A stretch of 64,000 bases of DNA from Candidatus Latescibacterota bacterium. Lineage in GTDB: Bacteria > Latescibacterota > UBA2968 > GCA-2709665. Below the pieces are notes generated by a model. The model saw nothing but the letters and a program-made list of their open reading frames with translations. It made no database searches and was not told where the DNA came from. Positions 52,174 through 61,373 of this stretch are shown here, in pieces; within the stretch, counting starts at the first letter, position 1, and every line of letters starts with the position of its first letter. A program made the position numbers and the translations under genes. The stretch lies in contig CAXXJS010000010.1 in NCBI GenBank assembly GCA_963662665.2, positions 256,001 through 320,000 on the forward strand, written 5' to 3'.

Positions 52174-53805
52174 GAGTCTGCGCCGCAGGAAAATTCATTT
52201 CAATGGACATGTAGTTGTAGGTATAATGGGTCGTGTAGTTGGTATATGTCAAGGGTATCGTTGTGTGTTATGTCAGGGGAGGGAGCGATCCATGCCGACA
52301 ACGTTTCGACCGTATCACCCGGACCAGATATTGCTGTTGGCGCCGGATCTTCGGGAGTGGGTGCCTGAAGGTCATCTGTCGCACCAGGTGAGCGATCTGG
52401 TGGATTCCCTGGATCTGGGGTCGTTCTACGCGCCCTATGAAGGCGATGGTCGTCGCAACGCGCCATATGATCCATCGATGATGTTGAAGGTATTGATCTA
52501 TGGGTACGCGACGGGAGTGTATTCGTCTCGAGCGATCGCTGGGAAGCTGGAGGAGGACGTGGCGTTTCGTATGTTGGCGGCGGGCAATTTCCCACAACAC
52601 CGGACGATCTGCGAGTTTCGGCGTCGTCACCTGGAAGATTTCGGGCGTTTGTTCGTGGAGGTGGTTGGTGTGGCACGGGAGATGGGCCTGGTACGTTTCG
52701 GGACGTTATCTTTAGACGGCACGAAGGTACGAGCGAAGGCCAGCAAGCGCAAGGCCATGAGTTACGAGCGGATGTTGAAGGAACAGGCTCGTCTGGAGAA
52801 AGAGATCGGGGCGTTGCTTTCGGGTGCTGTGTCGATTGATGCCGAGGAGGATGCACGTTACGGCGTGGATGTTCGTGGCGACGAGTTGCCGGTCGAGTTG
52901 CAGCGCAGGCAGGCTCGTCTGGCGGCGATCAGGGCGGCGAGGGAGCGTCTGGAAGCATCGCAACGAGCCGTCGACGATGCGCGCGGGCGCAAACCGGGTC
53001 AGAAGCGCAACCCGAAGGGCGGGCGGCCTTACAAAAGAGCCTATGGCGAGCCCGACCCGAAGGCTCAGAGCAACTTCACGGACCCCGAGTCTCGGATCAT
53101 GAAGACGAGCGCGGAGGGGTTCCAGCAGTGCTACAACGCGCAGACGGTGGTGGACGCCGAGCGTCAGATCATCGTGGCTGTGCATCTGGGGTCACAGGCC
53201 ACCGATCAGGGCTTTATGCTCCCCTTGCTGGATGGTGTGCAAGAGACATTCGGGGTCAAGCCGGACGCGGTTCTGGCGGATGCGGGCTACTGCAACGAGG
53301 AGGACCTGGCCACGCTTGAGGAGCGTGGCATTGATGGTTACGTGGCGCTGGGGCGGGAGGGCAAGGAAAAGGTGGACGTCGATTCGGAGACGCTTCCGGC
53401 GACCCATCGCATGGGCGAGAAGCTCACCAGCCCGGAAGGTCGGGGCCTGTATGCGAAGCGCAAGTGGCTCTCGGAGGCGCCCAACGGATGGATCAAGGAG
53501 GTATTGGGCTTCCGGCGCTTCAGCTTCCGGGGGCTGGAAAAGGTGCGTGCCGAGTGGGATCTGGTCTGCCTCGCGTTGAACGTCAAGCGGATGGCAGCGT
53601 TGTCGATGTGTTGAAGCATGGGTTCGGGTGTCCTGTCCTTATGGACTCGACATACGGGAAACCACGATCCCTGGAATCTCGCCCTCAACACGCCTGCCTG
53701 CAACGATCACCGTACCCAAAACTCATCATACCACTCCCAACATAACGACCAACCCGACTCACGGACACACCTCGCCCTTTGTAAAAACTCCTGCGGCGCA
53801 GACTC
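52174..53805 (+). mobile_element. IS1182-family insertion sequence
   Basis: Perfect 17-bp IRs GAGTCTGCGCCGCAGGA / TCCTGCGGCGCAGACTC; CTAG duplicated at 52170-52173 and 53806-53809. Confidence 0.93.
52292..53614 (+). CDS. IS1182-family transposase
   Basis: YDPSMMLKVLIYGYATGVYSSRAI, PQHRTICEFR, LDGTKV, NFTDPESRIM, YNAQ, LADAGY, GFRRFSFRG. Confidence 0.93.
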   Translation: MPTTFRPYHPDQILLLAPDLREWVPEGHLSHQVSDLVDSLDLGSFYAPYEGDGRRNAPYDPSMMLKVLIYGYATGVYSSRAIAGKLEEDVAFRMLAAGNFPQHRTICEFRRRHLEDFGRLFVEVVGVAREMGLVRFGTLSLDGTKVRAKASKRKAMSYERMLKEQARLEKEIGALLSGAVSIDAEEDARYGVDVRGDELPVELQRRQARLAAIRAARERLEASQRAVDDARGRKPGQKRNPKGGRPYKRAYGEPDPKAQSNFTDPESRIMKTSAEGFQQCYNAQTVVDAERQIIVAVHLGSQATDQGFMLPLLDGVQETFGVKPDAVLADAGYCNEEDLATLEERGIDGYVALGREGKEKVDVDSETLPATHRMGEKLTSPEGRGLYAKRKWLSEAPNGWIKEVLGFRRFSFRGLEKVRAEWDLVCLALNVKRMAALSMC

Positions 53806-53903
53806 CTAGGCCTGGAATACAGAGGAAACCTCGAGCAATACCGCACTGACGCCGGCGTACAATAGCAGTTGGAACTCGATTCCGGATACCGGAGGTAGCC
53901 CCA

Positions 53904-54329
53904 ATGTCAACCAGCAAAAACGCACGAATTGCCCGGGAGTCCCTCGAAGCCGCCTTTGCGTGTGACTGGAAGCGACTTCGCGAAACCTACGCCGACGACG
54001 CGACCATGGTCGGCGGCGCACTTGACATCCGGGGTGCGGATAACATGGTGGCGCTCTGGCGCGGCTGCCACGAGGAAGAGCGGGACATGCGGCTCGAGAT
54101 TCTCAATATCGTCGCAGACCACGACATGGTCGCCGTGGAGTTTTACTTTAGGGGTATCGTAAACCAGCCCCTTCCCGGGCTGCCCGAAGCAATGTACGGC
54201 AAACATCTGGATGCCACCGAAGTGCATATGTGCCGCATACAGAACGGGAAAATAACCGCCGTGACGATCTACGGCGGCGTCTTGGAATCCCCCGACGTCC
54301 CACTCAAGCGGGTCTGGGTGGCCAAATAG
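53904..54329 (+). CDS. SnoaL-like / NTF2-fold protein
   Basis: RBS GGAGG; YADDA, IRGAD, VADHDMVAVEF, IQNGKI. Confidence 0.75.
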   Translation: MSTSKNARIARESLEAAFACDWKRLRETYADDATMVGGALDIRGADNMVALWRGCHEEERDMRLEILNIVADHDMVAVEFYFRGIVNQPLPGLPEAMYGKHLDATEVHMCRIQNGKITAVTIYGGVLESPDVPLKRVWVAK

Positions 54330-54342
54330 GGAAACAGGTTGT

Positions 54343-55452
54343 ATGCCCTACCCGCAGATCGACCATCGCGACGTCGCCCTTAGACCCCTTGGGGAGAGAC
54401 GCAGCAAATTCTCGATCGACGAGATCATGGTCGACCCCGACCAGGCCGCTCCCGACCCCGGACCGCTGGCGGACAGGCTCCGGCGCGTTGCCAGAGAAAT
54501 ACAGCGCGCCAGGCGGCGGGGTGCGTCCGTCATACTGGCCTACGGCGCCCATCTGGTCAAGAACGGCCTGGCGCCCGTCGTGGTCCGAATGATGAAGGCA
54601 GGCTGGGTCACCCATCTGGCCACCAACGGAGCCGGCACGATTCACGACTGGGAGTACGCCTTTCAGGGGCGCTCCGAAGAAGACGTGCGGGCTAACGTCG
54701 CACAGGGGTGTTTCGGCACGTGGGAGGAAACCGGACGCTACATCCATCTTGCCATTCTCAACGGCGCGTTGCAAGGCATGGGGTACGGCGAATCCCTTGG
54801 GAAATTTATCTGCGACGACGGTTGCGATATTCCCACCCGCAGCGACCTGGCATCCACCCTGCGCGCCTGGGCAGATGGCCCCACGGATTCGCCCGGCATG
54901 CCCGCGCACGCCGAACTGCTCCAGGTCCTCTCGCGATTTGACATTCCTTCCGGCCGCTGCCGCGTCGAACATCCATATGGGGATATGTCCCTTACCGCTG
55001 GAGCCTACCGACTCGGTGTTCCGCTTACCGTTCATCCCGGTATCGGCTACGACATCATCCACAATCATCACCTCGCCAACGGGGCGGCCGTTGGCCGCGG
55101 CGCGGATATCGACTTTCGGGTGTTCGCACGGGGTGTCGTCGATCTGGATGGCGGCGTGTTTCTCTCAATTGGCTCGGCCGTCATGGCGCCGCAGGTCTTC
55201 GAAAAGGCCCTCTCGCTGGCCAATAACCTGCGTATTCAGGAACGCAAGCGCGTTGTACACCCGTTCATCGTTGTCAACGATCTGGCGCCGATGACCTGGG
55301 ATTGGTCCAGGGGCGAACCTAACAAAGACAACCCGGCGTATTACCTCAGGTTCTGCAAGTCGTTCAGCCGCATGGGAGGAGAGATGGTATACGTCGACGG
55401 CGACAACCGGAACTTTCTGCATAATCTCTACCGGATTCTGGATGCGACGTAG
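54343..55452 (+). CDS. Deoxyhypusine-synthase-like fold protein of unknown function
   Basis: YGAHLVKNGL, LATNGAGTIHDWE, FGTWEETG, TVHPGIGYDI, IGSAVMAPQVFEKAL. Confidence 0.6.
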   Translation: MPYPQIDHRDVALRPLGERRSKFSIDEIMVDPDQAAPDPGPLADRLRRVAREIQRARRRGASVILAYGAHLVKNGLAPVVVRMMKAGWVTHLATNGAGTIHDWEYAFQGRSEEDVRANVAQGCFGTWEETGRYIHLAILNGALQGMGYGESLGKFICDDGCDIPTRSDLASTLRAWADGPTDSPGMPAHAELLQVLSRFDIPSGRCRVEHPYGDMSLTAGAYRLGVPLTVHPGIGYDIIHNHHLANGAAVGRGADIDFRVFARGVVDLDGGVFLSIGSAVMAPQVFEKALSLANNLRIQERKRVVHPFIVVNDLAPMTWDWSRGEPNKDNPAYYLRFCKSFSRMGGEMVYVDGDNRNFLHNLYRILDAT

Positions 55453-55546
55453 CGGCGAACCGCAAGAATCACCGGTCCCGTCCCGCTTTACGACAGCATG
55501 GCCATACCTGCCTGCAGCGCCGCGAACGACTCCTCGGAAGGACGCC

Positions 55547-56719
55547 ATGGACGCCGTGCCCGAACGGGTTTTCCTCATCCACTATCACGAAATCGGCCTG
55601 AAGGGCAGGAATCGCGGCCGGTTCGAACAGCAACTGCTCACAAATATCGGGCGTGCGTTGAAAGGACTGCCACGTGGCGCCGCCCGCCGTCTTTCCGGCC
55701 GCATCACTCTGGAACTCGTGCCGGACGCAGATCTGGGCGCCATAAGGGAACGTCTGGCCGACGTGTTCGGGATTGCGAATTTCTCCGTAGCTGTTCACGT
55801 TCCCAATGCCATCGAACGCATTCGGGCGGGGGCGTGGGACGTCGTCCGGAACGTGGAGTTCGGCTCTTTCAAGATTGCAGCACGTCGCGGCGACAAGAAA
55901 TTCCCGCTCACGTCCGAAGAGATCAATCGTGACGTGGGCGCCCACGTCCAGACCCTCTCCCGGGCAAGGGTCAAGCTGGATGACCCGGACCTGACATGTT
56001 TCATCGAAGTTTCGTACCAGGGCGCCTTCATCTATACCGGGAAAACACCCGGACCCGGCGGTCTTCCCGTCGGCGCCAACGAGCGCGCCGTCAGTCTGCT
56101 GTCCTCGGGTATCGACTCGCCCGTTGCTTCATACAAGACGATGAAACGCGGCGTACGGCTCTCCTTCGTACACTTTCACAGCCAGCCGTATACCAACCGA
56201 AGTTCCCAGCGCAATACAGAGGAACTCGTCCGCGTGTTGACACGATACCAGTACCAATCGACACTGTATCTGGTCCCGTTCGTTGAAATCCAGCGCCGCG
56301 TGATGACCCATGCGCCGCCCGGTTACCGGGTGATTTTCTACCGCAGAGCCATGTTGCGCATCGCCGAAGCCATCGCCGAACGGGAAGGCGCCCAGGCCCT
56401 GGTCACCGGCGAGAGTATCGGTCAGGTCGCCTCACAGACGCTGTCCAATATGCGCGCCATCGAGGAAGTGACACCGCTCCCGCTCCTGCGTCCGCTGTCC
56501 GGCGACAACAAAGAGGAAATTATCGATCTCGCCAGGCGCATCGGGACCTACGACATTTCGATCGAGCCCTATGAAGATTGTTGCACGGTTTTTGTGCCCA
56601 AACATCCCGAGACCCGCGCCAGTCTGAAGACGGTTCACGCGATCGAACCGAAACTCGACCTCGTCCCGCTGATTGAACAGACACTGAAGGCGACGGACGT
56701 CAAGACAGTAAGGATCTAA
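55547..56719 (+). CDS. thiI: tRNA 4-thiouridine synthase (THUMP plus PP-loop, no rhodanese domain)
   Basis: YHEIGLKGRNR, GGLPVG, LLSSGIDSPVA, TGESIGQVASQT, PYEDCC. Confidence 0.93.
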   Translation: MDAVPERVFLIHYHEIGLKGRNRGRFEQQLLTNIGRALKGLPRGAARRLSGRITLELVPDADLGAIRERLADVFGIANFSVAVHVPNAIERIRAGAWDVVRNVEFGSFKIAARRGDKKFPLTSEEINRDVGAHVQTLSRARVKLDDPDLTCFIEVSYQGAFIYTGKTPGPGGLPVGANERAVSLLSSGIDSPVASYKTMKRGVRLSFVHFHSQPYTNRSSQRNTEELVRVLTRYQYQSTLYLVPFVEIQRRVMTHAPPGYRVIFYRRAMLRIAEAIAEREGAQALVTGESIGQVASQTLSNMRAIEEVTPLPLLRPLSGDNKEEIIDLARRIGTYDISIEPYEDCCTVFVPKHPETRASLKTVHAIEPKLDLVPLIEQTLKATDVKTVRI

Positions 56720-57639
56720 AGATCCGTCCGGTCGCCGCGCCTCCCGCCCGTTGCTATTCCGAACCTTTCAAAAATCGCGTCCAGCAGGTGCCGGATCGCA
56801 GGGCCGAAATAACGGCCCTGGCGCCACGCCACGCCGATTTCGCGGCTGAATTGCACGCCCGTCACGAGGATGGTCACCAGCGCTCCCGACGTGAGCGAGT
56901 CCCTTACGGCCAGGTGTGGCAGGAAAGAAATTCCCACGCCCACCTCAACCAGTTTCCGCATGGCCTCGGGGCTTCGCATTTCCATGACCACGCCGGGGGA
57001 CACGCCGGCCTCCGCGAACCGTTCGTCCACAATCTTACGTGACACGGAATCCGCGTGAAAAAGGATAAGGGGTTCCTCCGCCACTTCCTGCAGGCCAACG
57101 GAGGAACGCCGGGAAAACCGATGCGATGCCCCAACGACCAGGGGCATGGAATCTCTATATATGGATACCGTGTTCAACTTCGGATGGGTGAACGGAAGTG
57201 AAATTACGGCGAACTCGGAACGGTTCATTAGCAGGTCCTCAACCAGGTACCTGGAAGGCGCCACCTGTACGGAAAGCGCTACGTCCGAACAGTCCCGCAT
57301 ATATGTCTTAAGGATATCGGGAAGCAGATACGTCACGGCGGCGTCGATCGCCCCGAACTGGAATCCTTCGCCCGGCAGTATGTCACGGCGTTTCAGCCGA
57401 TCTTCGGTTGATTCAACCAGATCCTGGATCTGCATGCCGTAATTCGCCAGCGTTCTTCCCTCCATCGTCAGGCCCACGTGGCGGCTGCCCCGGTTGAAGA
57501 GGCGGACCCCAAGCGCACGCTCCAGGTCCGCCACCCCGCTGCTGACGGTGGGTTGCGTCACGTGCAGTTCTCGCGCTGCCTTGCTGAAGCTGTTTGCGCG
57601 GGCCACAGCCAGGAAATATTTCAGATGCTGCAGGTTCAT
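56716..57639 (-). CDS. LysR-family transcriptional regulator
   Basis: MNLQHLKYFLAVA..SFSKAARELHVTQPTVS...LERALGVRLFNR. Confidence 0.93.
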   Translation of the reverse strand: MNLQHLKYFLAVARANSFSKAARELHVTQPTVSSGVADLERALGVRLFNRGSRHVGLTMEGRTLANYGMQIQDLVESTEDRLKRRDILPGEGFQFGAIDAAVTYLLPDILKTYMRDCSDVALSVQVAPSRYLVEDLLMNRSEFAVISLPFTHPKLNTVSIYRDSMPLVVGASHRFSRRSSVGLQEVAEEPLILFHADSVSRKIVDERFAEAGVSPGVVMEMRSPEAMRKLVEVGVGISFLPHLAVRDSLTSGALVTILVTGVQFSREIGVAWRQGRYFGPAIRHLLDAIFERFGIATGGRRGDRTDL

Positions 57640-57663
57640 AGACGTCCCCTGGACCGAGAAAGA

Positions 57664-57680
57664 TATAGAATATACCTATA
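57664..57680. promoter_or_regulatory. LysR recognition box in the divergent lysR/ino1 intergenic region
   Basis: TATAG-aatatac-CTATA dyad containing T-N11-A (57666/57678). Confidence 0.6.
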
Positions 57681-57785
57681 AATAATATAGTTATTATTCA
57701 TTTGTTAAATATATAAAACTTCCTATCTTTCAAACCACGTTAATTTCATTGCGGCTGATTTCTCACACCTCCAAGGAGTCTTTCA

Positions 57786-58868
57786 ATGGCCAGAAAAGTC
57801 CGGGTTGCCATCGTCGGCGTTGGCAACTGCGCATCTTCTCTCGTTCAGGGCGTACATTATTATAAAGATGTTCCTGTAGACGCCTTCATACCTGGCCTGA
57901 TGCATCCCGAACTGGGCGGCTATCACATCAGCGACGTCGAATTCTCCGCCGCGTTCGACATCGACAGGAACAAGGTGGGAATTGACGTCAGCGAGGCCAT
58001 CTTTAAGGAACCGAACAATACCGTCAAATTTGCGGATGTTCCCCACCTTGACGTGCCCGTTCAGCGCGGAATGACCCACGACGGCCTCGGACGGTATCTC
58101 CGCGAAGTCATCGAAAAGGCGGACGGCAGTACCGTGGACGTGGCGGAGGTCCTGAAAGCCACGGGTACCGACGTGGTGGTGAACTATCTCCCGGTAGGCA
58201 GTGAGGAAGCCACGAAGTGGTACGTGGAGCAGGTTCTTCAAGCGGGCTGTGGTTTTGTCAATTGCGTGCCCGTCTTTATTGCCAGCGCAGGGCACTGGCC
58301 CGAACGCTTTGAAAAGCGCGGTCTTCCGATTATTGGAGACGATATCAAATCACAGGTGGGCGCCACTATCGCCCACCGGGTGCTCACCCGGCTCTTCCGT
58401 GAACGGGGCGTCAAGCTTACGCGCACGTACCAGTTGAACTTCGGCGGGAATACCGATTTCTACAACATGCTGGAACGTTCCCGGCTGGAGTCCAAGAAAA
58501 TCAGCAAGACCAATGCCGTTACCTCCCAGTTGGACTACGACCTGGGAGAGAAGAATGTACACGTCGGCCCGAGCGATCATGTGCCGTGGCTGGAAGACCG
58601 GAAATGGTGTCACATCCGGATGGAGGGCGAAACCTTTGGCGGCGTGCCGCTCAACCTTGAACTGAAGCTGGAAGTATGGGATTCGCCCAATTCCGCGGGT
58701 GTTGTGATTGACGCGGTTCGTTGCTGCAAGCTGGGCCTCGAGCACGGCCTCAAGGGACCGTTATTGGGTCCCTCCTCGTACTTTATGAAAACCCCGCCCG
58801 AGCAGTTCAGCGACGATGAAGCCCGGGAAATGGTGGAAGATTTCATCCTGCAATACGGTCGGAAATAG
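57786..58868 (+). CDS. ino1: Myo-inositol-1-phosphate synthase
   Basis: [56 protein letters not shown]. Confidence 0.95.
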   Translation: MARKVRVAIVGVGNCASSLVQGVHYYKDVPVDAFIPGLMHPELGGYHISDVEFSAAFDIDRNKVGIDVSEAIFKEPNNTVKFADVPHLDVPVQRGMTHDGLGRYLREVIEKADGSTVDVAEVLKATGTDVVVNYLPVGSEEATKWYVEQVLQAGCGFVNCVPVFIASAGHWPERFEKRGLPIIGDDIKSQVGATIAHRVLTRLFRERGVKLTRTYQLNFGGNTDFYNMLERSRLESKKISKTNAVTSQLDYDLGEKNVHVGPSDHVPWLEDRKWCHIRMEGETFGGVPLNLELKLEVWDSPNSAGVVIDAVRCCKLGLEHGLKGPLLGPSSYFMKTPPEQFSDDEAREMVEDFILQYGRK

Positions 58869-58912
58869 CGGGTCCAATCCGGCTGCGCGACACGGCGGAG
58901 GATACCGACGCC

Positions 58913-60799
58913 CTACGAGATATCAAAGACCATTACGACGAGGACGTCCTCGCCTTCCTGCTGGACGGCCACGCCCCAACGCGTCCATTCCTTACCCAGA
59001 ATTCCCCTTCTGTGAGCCACGCTCAGCATCATAAACGTATATACCTCCTCAACGGAAGGACCCCGGCCGAAACTCTCCGCGCCCCCGTGCGTCCGCTCGG
59101 ACGTGAAGGCGCCGGACGACACCACGTCCCATATTTTCGCCCGCGCGAACTCCATCAGCTCCGGATCCGACTCGAGGGCCGGCAGTTCCAGGCGGCTGCG
59201 TGCCGCATGAACCATCGTTGAAAGTCGGTCTCGGGCATCATCCGCGCCCCGAAACGGCATAACGGCCAGGACCATCTTCCCGAGCGGCGGCGGATCGCCC
59301 ACCACCAGCGGCCGGTCTTCGATCACTACGGACCCACGGGTGAGCTGCCCACGGACCTGCACCCGGTAATGACCGGGCGCCGCAAAAACGCTCTCCGGAA
59401 AAACACAGCGAAAGCGTTCTCTCTCACGCGCGGCGGAAATTTCAATGACATTCCCGTCGGGTAACCGGAAAACCGCCGCCAACACCCGTTTGAGGTCTGA
59501 ACGTACGGCGCCGGCCACCTGCAGGCGACCCCCGGTCTGCAGGCGCTCCGGCGTGGCTTCGACCTCCGCCAGACCGCTCTCCAACGCTCCCCAGTACCTG
59601 TAGGCGTTGACGAAGGTTTTGATCCGGGTCCCGTCCGGAAACTCCTCAACGTGGTTGCCATTGGCGTCGCTTTGAGTACGCCGGCCGTCCGGAAACGTCT
59701 CCAGCCGGTTGCCCTGAGAGTCGGTCTGTATCTCCCGGCCGTCAGGAAGCGCCTCCAGGCGGACGCCGTCCGCGCCGGATTGTACCTTTCGCCCGTCCGG
59801 GAATATTTCCATGACCATGCCATCCGCGTGATGTTCCACACGTGAGCCGTCCGGTTTCCGGATCACCGTGGAGCCATCCTTTAAGACCGTTCGCCTGGTA
59901 CCGTCAATGTAGACCTCCACCCGCTCGCCGTCCGGACCCTGTTGTACGCGCCGCCCGTCCGCGAATTCCTCGAGTACCGTACCATCCGGTGCCCGGGTCA
60001 GGCGTCGTCCGTCAGGGAACACCGTCACCCGGTGTCCTTCTCTGGTCACGGCAACCCTTCGCCCGTCTGCATGCCGCGTTTCGCTCATTCCCTCGGGAAA
60101 GGTCATCTCCACGGTTCCATCTCTGCGTTTGACGTGAAAGGTACCGTCCGCAAACCGCGTTTGCTCCCGGCCATTCGGGAAAATCGTACGCTGCGTTCCC
60201 GTTTTGAAGTATTGAACGATACGTCCGTCGGCAAAACGCTCTTCACGGTTACCGTCTGCAAATGTGGCGGCGATTCTTCCGTCGGGATGCGTCATCCGCA
60301 CATTGCCCCTGACGTCGGTCATCTCCACTCTGCCGTCGGCATAGTATTTTTCACGCGCCCCATCGGGCAATTCCACTTCCACGCGTCCGTCGGGAAAAAC
60401 GATTCGCTGCCTGCCATCGGGAAACGTGGTCCATTCGCGACCGTCTCTGTATTTGCGTCTGCGCATGCCCGAACCGGGCGACGTCTTGCTTCGGGGCTTG
60501 GGCCAGACCCCTGCCAGAACCCGCATATAGCCCTCCGGCGGCATCTCGGCGCGTTCGCCGGACCGGTGGCGAAGTCGGGGAAAAATGCTCTGATGGACCC
60601 CCACCGCATCTTCGAGCGCCAGGCGATTTTCAACCGGGCGACCACCAGGCAGAGCCAACTTGCCGTAAACGCCGGGGTGCAGATGCAGGTAGAGATACTG
60701 AAATCTTCCCAGCGTCTCGCCGTTTTCGCTTTGGGGCTTATATACAAAAAGACAGGTAGAAAGGAGGGATAAAAATAACTCCTTCTCGGCTGAAACCAA
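58913..60799 (-). CDS. PDG-repeat (Tcp10/G-box-like) protein with C-terminal CAP/SCP-like domain
   Basis: Over 25 tandem 9-residue xxPDG/ADG units; C-terminus ARSRLELPALESDPEL...FMMLSVAHRRGILGKEWTRWGVAV; start uncertain. Confidence 0.7.
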   Translation of the reverse strand: MVSAEKELFLSLLSTCLFVYKPQSENGETLGRFQYLYLHLHPGVYGKLALPGGRPVENRLALEDAVGVHQSIFPRLRHRSGERAEMPPEGYMRVLAGVWPKPRSKTSPGSGMRRRKYRDGREWTTFPDGRQRIVFPDGRVEVELPDGAREKYYADGRVEMTDVRGNVRMTHPDGRIAATFADGNREERFADGRIVQYFKTGTQRTIFPNGREQTRFADGTFHVKRRDGTVEMTFPEGMSETRHADGRRVAVTREGHRVTVFPDGRRLTRAPDGTVLEEFADGRRVQQGPDGERVEVYIDGTRRTVLKDGSTVIRKPDGSRVEHHADGMVMEIFPDGRKVQSGADGVRLEALPDGREIQTDSQGNRLETFPDGRRTQSDANGNHVEEFPDGTRIKTFVNAYRYWGALESGLAEVEATPERLQTGGRLQVAGAVRSDLKRVLAAVFRLPDGNVIEISAARERERFRCVFPESVFAAPGHYRVQVRGQLTRGSVVIEDRPLVVGDPPPLGKMVLAVMPFRGADDARDRLSTMVHAARSRLELPALESDPELMEFARAKIWDVVSSGAFTSERTHGGAESFGRGPSVEEVYTFMMLSVAHRRGILGKEWTRWGVAVQQEGEDVLVVMVFDIS

Positions 60800-60905
60800 A
60801 AGGAGTCTGGGGATGGGGGAGATAGTTGATTTTTTAGTAGATGCTTGGAAAATGAATATTGTGAAATACTCAGTGTTGGCTTTGTAGTAAGGTGATATAG
60901 AATAC

Positions 60906-61211
60906 TCAGTCTTTTAATTCAATGAACAGTAAATCATCCAATTCTTTCAAAAAATCATCCAAACGTTGCTGAGAAGTCTTTACAGCTTTCTCTATTTTTT
61001 GAAGAGTAGCAGGGTCAGTTATTTCTTGTTTTTGAGCAGTTTCTATATACAAATTGGGTTGAAGAACTAGGTTGTGTAGAGTTTGTCTGATTTTTTCACT
61101 TTTACTAATTCTTGTAGCTATGCTTAGTAACATAACAGACACTTTTAGTGCGTTTATTTGTCTTGTGTTTTCAGCAATTATGGTTTCCAGTTCTTTTATT
61201 TTTTCGGACAT
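60906..61211 (-). CDS. Hypothetical protein (AT-rich island)
   Basis: 101-aa ORF, coiled-coil-like, AT-rich codons. Confidence 0.55.
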   Translation of the reverse strand: MSEKIKELETIIAENTRQINALKVSVMLLSIATRISKSEKIRQTLHNLVLQPNLYIETAQKQEITDPATLQKIEKAVKTSQQRLDDFLKELDDLLFIELKD

Positions 61212-61373
61212 AATAGACGCCCTTCATTAAACTCGGTTTGCCCACACCCTCCATAGGGTTTTGCGAAAAATGCAGAAATTAATCATAATTCAAAGCAGTG
61301 CTGTTGACCAAATTGAGGGATTTATTTTAGCGGTTAAAGACCACTGGACAAAGCTAACGGGAAATTCCTCTAA

